64,000 bases of DNA from Paraglomus brasilianum. Taxonomy: Eukaryota. A model generated the notes under the pieces. That model was not told the DNA's origin, ran no database searches, and saw nothing but the letters and a program-made list of their open reading frames with translations. Below are positions 39,835-48,790 of the stretch, one piece after another. A program made the translations under genes and the position numbers. The DNA lies in NCBI GenBank assembly GCA_910592345.1, contig CAJVPI010000041.1, positions 1 to 64,000 of the forward strand, given 5' to 3'. Within the stretch, counting starts at the first letter, position 1; every line of letters starts with the position of its first letter.

Positions 39835-40218
39835 ATGATAACTTTATTCTGCGAAATCAATAAAGTACCAGTAACAGCTATATTAGATTCCGGTGCTAAT
39901 TGTAATATCATAGGCGAGAGTATAGCAAAAATAGTAGGCTTGAAAATTGATAATACCTCTGATACGGAAATATACAGTTCCATTAGCGAGCTCAATATAT
40001 TGGGAATAATTCGTGCAATGGAAATTTTGGTCCTGTCTCAAGATCAGAAATGGGAGCAAGTAGAAGTTAGTGATGTTTTCGTTACCAATAAACCCGAACT
40101 TGAATCTGTACTGATATTGGGTCAGCCATGGTTCCAGGAAAATGCAATGAAACTGGACTTCCCAAATAAAACTCTTACGTTGCTCAATGGAACTAGTTGC
40201 GAGGTTAAGTGTAATTGA
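39835..40218 (+). CDS. Stand-alone retropepsin-like aspartic protease
   Basis: AILDSGANCNII catalytic motif and C-terminal LILGQPWF. No gag, RT or integrase nearby. Confidence 0.85.
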   Translation: MITLFCEINKVPVTAILDSGANCNIIGESIAKIVGLKIDNTSDTEIYSSISELNILGIIRAMEILVLSQDQKWEQVEVSDVFVTNKPELESVLILGQPWFQENAMKLDFPNKTLTLLNGTSCEVKCN

Positions 40219-40314
40219 GAATATCTGGAAAATCTGTAGTATATATGCCTAAAATTTCGTACCATGTTGCATTGTAAGTTATTGCATATTTCTAATACAA
40301 TAAATATTAATTAT

Positions 40315-40480
40315 TTATCTCGCAATAGCAAATTCCCATATTTCACGAATTCGTGCATATGATACATTATATTTTTTAGCTAGATTCCGTAATGCATTTG
40401 CTGAACCCTTAGCAGTAATTATATCACTAATTGCTTCGGGGGATAAGCGTGTAGCACCTGATCTTAATCTTCTAAGCAAG
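40315..40480 (-). pseudogene. Small HTH DNA-binding protein fragment
   Basis: LSPEAISDII...LRNLAKKYNVSYARIREIW has a helix-turn-helix pattern. Confidence 0.5.
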
Positions 40481-40647
40481 GCTAAGAGAAAAAAAGAAAA
40501 TTTTAACTTATACCGTATCTGAGTCCTCATCCTCGTTCCTCATCTGGGTCCGACTCTGAATCGTCTAACTACGAAGTGACTACCTCCGGCGACGATGATA
40601 AAGATTTAACTGTGAATGTGGGTCGTACGATAAGCAAAGAAGCGTAG

Positions 40648-41716
40648 TTAGTCTTTATCATAGATTCGAAATAGTCTTGCTTGCTCTGGGGATTGATTTT
40701 TTCTCCGATAATTCACCACAACATAATTTTGTACTGGTGAGGTGTGATTGTCAGGATTGTGGTGTAAAGCTTCTCCAGCGATTGTCATAGCATGAGCTAA
40801 ATTCTTTGCCCCATGTACCACCACAGCATATACAGCCCCTATTTTACGTAAATGGCGAGGAATTAAATTATAACCTTTTAAGAATCTATTAAACCATTTG
40901 GCCCCTGGCTTACCTGGGTTACCCATTTGGCCAGAAGATATAGCGTTCTGTATCCAGGTTAGCAATTCTTTGGCTCGTTCTTGATTCTTTTCCATAGATT
41001 TAAATTTTCTATGAATATCTGGCTGACCCCTGTTCTTCGCATAACCCGTTACACCGGCATTTGTAATACGTAAAGTAGTAACTTCAGCGGGACGCATACA
41101 GAGCATCAGCAAGGGCTTGTGAGTCAGGCAGTGTCTTAATGTTATATTTATTTAACCGATTCTAATGTAAAATGATCTGGATAGTCGATTTTCTCAAAAT
41201 CCTCAGCAATTTTTCGTCGACTTGTCTGAATTTTGTTAGACTTATCTGTAATCTCAAAGATTTTTGTCGCTTCAACTATATTATATGGAGCATTAAGATT
41301 TCGTAATTCTTTCCGAAGCCGGGAAAGCCTAGAGGACCCAGCAACTTCATTCAAAGCCGACTTAGCTAACTTTATTGCTTCGGCTTTTACATCCTTTTCA
41401 CTAAGTTTATCTTGTAAAATCCGTTGTGCTATCTCTTTGATGGTTTCCTCCGATTTTACCAAGGCCTTGCCTAGGCCGTACGGCAGAGTTACGATATTTA
41501 TATCTTTTCGCTGGCTTTTTCTCTGAGTAGGAATTAATATGCTTACCTGTTCCTCACTGAATTTGAAACCATCTCGAAGACGTCTTCGTGCTTGATTTCG
41601 CTTTCTATCATCTGTAAGCTCTTTGAGCAATTCAGAAGTATACTTACTGACTCAGATACACTCATTCCTGGGTTAAGATTGTATTTTCCAACGATCGTTG
41701 TTGCAATAGCTGACAT
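40648..41716 (-). pseudogene. Tyrosine recombinase, protelomerase (telomere resolvase)-like, frameshifted
   Basis: Joined from ORFs 41543-41731, 41148-41630 and 40648-41112. The catalytic order is R (CMRPAE), K (TGYAKNR), R (RHLRKIG), H (EALHH), Y (PVQNY), after a helical N-terminal region. Confidence 0.7.
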
Positions 41717-42017
41717 TTCGATTATATTCACTTTCTTAGGTTATGTCCTCTTTGCTAGGTTATATACTATGCAAAATATTCTTTCAATTCGAAAATAATT
41801 ATCGGTGTTTCTTCTACAGCAAAAATGCCAAATGTCGCGACCATTTATCGTTTGAATATCTTTAATCAGAAGAAAAACAACTAAAGTTCGGATAATTAAT
41901 TTGGGCGTACATATACTATGTATTTTCCGGATGTCACCCAAGCTTTGTCTAAATTATTACGGATTTTAAGCATAATTGAAATTAAGAAAGAAAAATATAA
42001 ACATAAAATAATAATAT

Positions 42018-42263
42018 ATGGATCGCGTCACCTGTCCGCATATAAAGAGGGATGGTTCTATTTGTGGGAAAAGTTGCTGACGAGTCACAGGGTGTTCGTT
42101 GCACTGGGCTTTACATGATAGGAATATAGCGAAATTTCCTTGTGGAATCTGTGGGAAACTAACAATTTCTGGAACGGGGTATTGCCCTAAACATGCGAAG
42201 AGGGTTTATTTTCGAAATTGGTATGAGAGACAAAAGGCACAGAGAATAGAAGCTGATACGTAA
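42018..42263 (+). pseudogene. Small double Zn-finger protein (not in ORF track)
   Basis: MDRVTCPHI/EDGSICGKSC*RVTGCSLHW...FPCGICGKLTISGTGYCPKH...IEADT*, with one frameshift and one stop. Confidence 0.6.
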
Positions 42264-42423
42264 TTATATTCACTTTTGCCAAAGATAGTCACTATATGAC
42301 TATAGATATCAGTTTTAAGCATCACAAAAATGGTCTTCGTAGTGGGATATTTTTTTACAACTATCATTTTTAAGCGTCACAAAACCCCTTTGTAAAATAT
42401 ACCACAGACTCTAAATGTTTGTT

Positions 42424-45400
42424 TTAAACGATATCGAATAAGACCTGGGTATTCTGTGAGATACACGTAGAATTAGGAGGCGGTTCTAATTCATCAGGTG
42501 AGAGTTTACTATAAGAATACCGCCAATCTTCTCCATTCTCCCAATCTTCGCCCGTTTGATATGGTGGTAATTTGGGAGCACCCTCATTGTCAAATGCTCC
42601 AACTAAATGGTAATGCGTATTTTTATTATTAGTAGTTTTAAACTTTATCCCATAGAATGCAGAAAGTGCTGAATTTAATAAACCAAGTTTTGCTTTATCC
42701 GATTTTAAGCCAGATTTTTTAGCACTACGAGATGGGTCTGTATTATCAAAAACCCGAGCCATTTTTGGTACTAAATTTTGGAGGTATTGTATCGATTCTG
42801 GTGAGTTTAAGCACATTTTAACGTCATTAACTCTTTATATCTATTTCGATCGTCAATATCTTTAACCGGTGTACAAGTCTTTATTAATTCCAGACAGATT
42901 CGATGTTTTTCAGTTCTAGTAACGGTTGTGAGTCTATCATTTCTATAATCTTCACGGGTAATTGCCTCAACTGCCGTCTCATTGTTAGTGCCGGCATCTC
43001 GTAATTTCCGGAGAGCTCTAAACCAGCACATATGATTATAATTTCCAAACTCCGAGATGAATTCTTCAGTCAAAGACTCAGGTGTTATATCATAGCAATT
43101 TACAATATGGTGTCGGTCTAATGCTCGCATTTCTTCTAAAGTTTTCTTTGGTTTATTTTCTAGATGCTCAGCTGTTTCGCGGTTAATAATATTTGCATTT
43201 GCAATATCCGAAATTTCCTCTGCTTTAATAACCGAAGAATAACCCTTTACTGTTGCAGTTAATGTCATGGTATTATCTTCAGGTTTGGGAGTTGGCTCTA
43301 TTACTGAAACTATCATACCCGCCTTTCGGAGAAAATCAACCATTCTCCAACCAAATAGACGTTGAGAGCGGAATTTTTCCAACATATATGCCACCCATAA
43401 TCGGATAGTTGGGACATCTTTATTTCGAATAATAGTATCTATATTTGGAAATATTCCTCTATTCTGTAGCTCTTGAGGGAGACATCCGCGCTTTGCTTCC
43501 GTTAACCATTGAAACAACTCCTCTTCTGTAGTTGGGGCTTTAGATGTTCTTTGTTGAATATAGCATAAATAATCTTTAATGCAACGCATGCGGAATAACA
43601 TCTGATTAGTCCCAGCATTTGTTTCTATATAACTATTAAAGAGACAGAATGCACGCTCAAACTTAGGATTGGTGCAAGAAACTCCTATTTTTAATGTGCT
43701 AGTATATGCAACCAGATCAATATTTTTCCATGCCTTTTCTACATCTCTGAAATCTCGAGTCTTTTCTATGGGATCGGACTTACCATGATATTCTTTTATA
43801 CGTAAATTAGGGAACTCCTCTTTCAGACTACGCACAATACCTTGAATATTTCTCCTCTCATGGCAGATAAGTGATGCGCTTTTTCGCTCCTCAAAAGGTA
43901 GTGATGATATTTCCTTAGCCCAATCCCAGAGCTCTATTAATACAGTTTCTTTATCGGAAGCAAGACGGAATGTTTTACCTTTTTGGGGCTGGTATGTGTT
44001 GTGGATAACTGAATATTTCTTATTCGGTCGAAGTCCTTTAATCCATTCAATATTAAGGTCAGTGAGATCATTATCTAGTACAATAACCCTCTCTGCCTGT
44101 GTTATTAATTCTGAGAAATTAGCAAGAGATATAGATAAACCACTTAACCGAGTTTGTGTTTGCGCAATAACCGATACAATCTCATCCAATGCTAGAATAT
44201 AAGGATTTGGAATACATTTACATTTTTTAGTCCCGCTAACCCCATTATCACATTTACATTTATTAGTAATGCGATGTAAACTTTCTACCTGGCACACTAC
44301 CCTTTGATGATCTCTGAGATTTATAGGTCCATCAATATCGCAATACGATTTGAGATTGAGCCTAGTGGTGACGGCATCTGAATAAGTATGTCGAGTTGAT
44401 ACTACGAGTAAGCTTGTATTTTCAGGAATATTTAAATTTTCCATGGCATATGTTTTCCCAGTTTCCCAAGGCGATCCTATATAAATATCGTTTTCTTTAG
44501 ATAGAGGTTTCACATATCTTTCTTCATATTTTTCTGATGCGGTAAGGGATTCATCGTATTTAACCCAAGATAGCATTTTTAGAAAGGCCTTTGGGAATCC
44601 CGAGTCTTTTGTTTTATGAGAGGTAGGTGGTAAAATATTATTTTTTATTTTTTTGTTGGATTTTTTCTGCAATAGATGGGTCATTGAAAATTTCCCCTGA
44701 TTCGTCACGATTTTGCTGGAAACATTTCACAATGAATGAACCATTACCATATGCACGGCCAAACCACCGCTGATCCTTGTCGTGTGTGCGATTACATAGT
44801 GGGCATTCTAGATATGTTTTTCGATTAAAATATACGAAATGTTGGGAATCCTTTTCTTCGATATCCCAACCACCAAGATAATCAGGATACTTCTGCAAAA
44901 CTAGATTCGCGTATTTTTTTAACGCATCTTGACCCACGATTATTTTTTTCTGATTATTTATTTTTTCTGTACTAAGTATACGGGGTCTTACTTCATATCT
45001 CGAACTAAAAGGTGGTTGAACTCTGGCGTCATTGAGATCATTCCACCCATTATCTAGTGAGAATTGAAGTATGCGCTTTACGCGGTCTTTTTTCGCAGAA
45101 CCGATGATGCGAAGATTAAAATTTCGACCAGGTAATCCCTTATCAATAAACTTACCATATTTTTCTCCCGTTAATTTATATACCAATTCTGTAAATTCTT
45201 TAAGCTCCTGATAGTCAATAAGGAGAGCTGGAGCGTATAGAAGGTGGTAACTACATTTGTTAGAATCGGAGGATGAAGCAATTACCAGTCCTTTGAGAAT
45301 TTCCTCCCAACTACAGTCAAGGATTCGATATAATGCTCTTATAAATGAACAACAAATACGAATGAAAACGTCATCAGCAGTTACAGTATCAGCTCGCATT

Positions 45401-46008
45401 TTCTCACTAGAGGCATCAATATCAATCACAGGTCTCAAAGGTCGTTGTCCGTTAATACATTCATGTACTCCAGGAACCCCATATACTTCAGAAATATTAT
45501 CTACAACTGAATATTTATAATAACCCCTCTGTTCTACTTGGATGACTAATCTATCAACCAATTCTTCTCGTGTGTACGCATCTAGCAGACTAATTCCTTC
45601 TTTTGCTCCGTAATTAGGTAAGAGATAATCCCATAAATGTATATCTTCTAATGATCCTTTATTGTTCGACATATCTCTGACAGGTGAAGAGACAATTTTG
45701 CGGATTCTATTTAGTAGATCCATTTGAGTGAATTTATTATCGAACTTTTCTTGCCTTTGAGTATATATAACTCCCACTCGATCTGTGGAATTTGTCGAAT
45801 TAGACATTTTCTCTTCTACTTTAGGAGGTTGGGAAATTGGAGACTTAATAGTACTAGTCTCGGTATATGACTCATATTCAGAGCCATAATCACTGCAATT
45901 TTCCGATTCACATTCGGATATATTATCACTATATTTATCTGAGTCGCTTGAATAGTCATCGGTTTCCCCGCCGTCGTACCGCTCGAGTTGTGCGTTGCGT
46001 GCTGTCAT
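42424..46008 (-). pseudogene. Fused AEP primase, Zn ribbon and UL9-like origin-binding SF2 helicase (~1190 aa, two frameshifts)
   Basis: AEP motifs RPVIDID, KCSYHL and FIDKGL..NFNLRIIGSAK. Zn ribbon CPLCNRTH..KCF. Helicase motifs SPWETGKT, VSTRHTY, CQVESLHRI, LDEIVS, YTSTLKIGVS and QMLFRMR. Breaks at about 44645 and 42820. Confidence 0.88.
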
Positions 46009-46150
46009 TTTTTTATTGGTATGTATCAATCTTTGTTCGATTATATTATTACAATATAGTTTGGAAAAGTTTAAATATCGATATCAAAAAAATGCATCGA
46101 GTTTTAATGAGATAAATGAAGAGAATCGCGATCTTGATTAGTGAATACTT

Positions 46151-47335
46151 TGGGTATATAAGTTCGGTAATATATATGGAAGTTATATACCCATTTTGAT
46201 AATATGTTTTTGGGTAGATAAGTTCATACTTTGATTATATGTGTTCGGGGTATATAAGTTCAGTAATATTATATAAGAAAAATGGGAGTTATATACCCGT
46301 TTCGATATATGCTTTCAGGGTATGTGATCGGGTGTAGACCCAAAGGGTCATTGCTTTGCAATAGTAATATGCAGAATATGTATAAGAAAAATGGCAACAC
46401 GCTACAATTTTTTCGGGTCGGGGTAGATATCTACCCACCTTAATAATATGTCTTCGAGTTATAAGTTCAGTAATATTATATAAGAAAAAACGGAATTATA
46501 TACCCAGTTGATAGTATGTCGTCGGGTATATGCTCAGAGTGTATAAGTTCAGTAGTATTATACCATTTGACAACATGTTTCTGGGTATATTTTGGATATA
46601 TTTTCGGGGTGTATAACTTCAGTAATATTATATAATAATTATGGGAGTTATATACCCGCCTTCCTATATAATTAGTCAAAGTTAACCCACTTTTTTACTA
46701 CGTATGTTCTCAGGACATATTTCTGGTATCAAAAATTCTGGCAATCGAAATCGACATACTTTAATATAACGTACGCGATAACATTTTTTTAATAGCATAG
46801 CCCGATAGCATATATATGATAGCATTATCGATAGCATTTATGTGATATACTCTACGGAGTAGGATGCTTGCATCTAGCATACATATTTGGTGGCATACCC
46901 GATAGTAGGAATATAGCATACCCGATAGCAATAGGTAGGTAACATTGGGCCAGCAAATGATGATGCATAACTGAATGCATCGTTGGTATTTTTTTTGCTG
47001 ATGTGGCCCAGTGATGGGAATTGGCCACGAACACCAAGCCAGCATACAAATATCGCGGATCGGAATATTATATAACAATATCCTTCGCCGATATGTTTTC
47101 GGGTATTTAACTTCAGAAATATTATATAATAATTATGGAAGAAGAATACCCTTTGCTGATATGCTTGGGGTATTAGTCTGTATTCGGAGCATTACGATCG
47201 GGTATTCAGCGCCGTACGACTCGGAAATATTATATAATAAAACCCTTCGCTGATATGTTTTCCGGATATGTCGTTATAAGATAGGGTATATAACTTCAGA
47301 AATATTATATATAAATTATGGAAGTTATATACCCT
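46151..47335. repeat. Array of palindromic units GGGTATATAA(C/G)TTC-[AT-rich spacer]-G(A/G)AGTTATATACCC
   Basis: Copies at about 46151-46193, 46248-46298, 46458-46505, 46607-46657, 47101-47151 and 47283-47335 (perfect 15-bp arms, 23-nt spacer), plus half sites. Confidence 0.9.
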
Positions 47336-47589
47336 CCTATTTAAACCGATTCAAGTATTAATCTTTCCTCTGGAAAGCGCTTATAGTCGAGTATAATTTA
47401 TTTTTATTTTTTTAGCTCTAGCTAGCTCAGCGGTACCGCCAAATAACGGCGGTGTAAACACAATTCTATCGTTACTTGTTTTAATATTTGCTTCGCAAAT
47501 CGACCCAACCACGCTCTAGAGATCAAATAATATGACAAAAATATCGTTATTATCCTCGGCTGACTAGCTTCGGTTTTCTTCTCGGCCGG

Positions 47590-47845
47590 TAATGCCTCGG
47601 CTGAATGACGACGCAACCACAGACGCATCGTCACTCGAACAATGACGCAAACGCGGCTGACTTTTCCAACTAACACCTCAGCTGACATCCTCGATGGGTA
47701 CAAAGGCAAATGACGATGCAAACACGATCTTGTCGTCACTCGAATAACGACGCAAATGCAAACACATCGTCACTCCATAACTGTTTACTTCTTCAGCTAA
47801 CACCTCAGTTGACATCCTCGGCAAATGACGATGCAAATGCAAACT
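47590..47845. repeat. Interleaved short direct repeats
   Basis: TAACACCTCAGYTGACATCCTCG x2, GGCAAATGACGATGCAAA x2 and TCGTCACTC x3. Confidence 0.8.
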
Positions 47846-47866
47846 CATGGGTGGGAGCGGGTATAT

Positions 47867-47958
47867 CCTAACTGAGAGGTCATAACCTAGTGTCATAACC
47901 TAACTGAGATGTCATAACCTAGACTAAGTGGTCATAATATAATTATATTATGACCACT
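47867..47958. repeat. Subterminal GTCATAA repeats ending in a perfect 32-bp palindrome (candidate hairpin telomere)
   Basis: GTCATAACCT at 47879, 47892 and 47911. AGTGGTCATAATATAA|TTATATTATGACCACT at 47927-47958. Confidence 0.95.
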
Positions 47959-48511
47959 GTTGTTAACTGCTCATTTAATTCAGCACTGCTCAGATTTGGG
48001 GGAAATAATTGTTCACAATCTTCAGAATTGTCATTCTCACTATCACTTTCAAAAATGATAAGGTCTATTTCAGCAACATTCTTAGTCTCTGCATCTCCAT
48101 GCTGCTTCTCCTTCCCTTTGTTTTTGATACCTGAAGATGATTGTTGTCCAATCTCCTAGTAATATTGAGTTGTACGAGCATTGAAAAAGTTGTAAGAGAA
48201 TTTTTCCACATTGAATAATTAAACAACTTAAAAAGGAGCTTATTGAATATATAATTAAAGCTTACCCAGCTATCTGCTGGCAATGAATACTTATGGTCCA
48301 TGTCAAATACAAAAGTTTTTATTGATCTGACTTCTCAATACTACTAACTGTATTAGTTTTCTGAAGAAATTCAATGCATGATAATAAGCAATGAAATTCG
48401 CTTGTTTATTGATTTTATAGGATCTTTATTGACAATTCGCTTGTGTGATGTGATACAATTGGAGTTGAAATTAACCAATCACTAGTCACTGATAACACAT
48501 TCTGTATACGT

Positions 48512-48790
48512 ATGACGAATACAACAGTTTCAACTTATCTAAAAGACAGGGGGGAGAAGAGCGTAAATACCTTGGAATCCCAATGTGAATCTTTTGTTTA
48601 TGCCAGAGTCTCAAGCTCAAAACAGAAAGAAGATCTTGAAAGACAGAAACAATACCTCCTCTCGCAGTTTACAAACCACTGCCTTATTTCAGACATCGCA
48701 CCAGTATCAATTTCAACTAGTTTCTACCAATCGACACTTGGTTGTGAGTAGTAAAACCTGTTTGAAGGTCACTAATGGTCGTTTGTATTT
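48512..48790 (+). pseudogene. IS607-type serine recombinase (TnpA) fragment
   Basis: VYARVSSSKQKEDLERQKQYL...ISDIA, then a frameshifted LVVSSK. No TnpB/Fanzor is visible downstream. Confidence 0.8.

Larger units (their letters stand above)
32100..47958. mobile_element. Endogenous virus-like / linear-plasmid-like element (Polinton-like/NCLDV-related genes), decayed
   Basis: Cluster of intronless viral-type genes (endonuclease, A32 ATPase, protease, Tyr recombinase, primase-helicase), a terminal repeat region and a terminal 32-bp palindrome. The left boundary is approximate. Confidence 0.8.

Noticed and set aside
47290..47328. ATAACTTC...GAAGTTAT matches the outer 8 bp of each loxP arm
   Set aside because: The inner sequence and spacing differ (23 nt versus 18 nt between the octamers), and it is one of a family of native repeats. 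It is not a loxP site or vector contamination.
46151..47335. Possible CRISPR array
   Set aside because: Spacing is irregular, the repeats are degenerate, the intervening sequences resemble each other, there are no cas genes, and the context is eukaryotic.
46476..47896. Several short ORFs in the ORF track over the repeat region
   Set aside because: They lack protein-like composition and are explained by the non-coding repeats.
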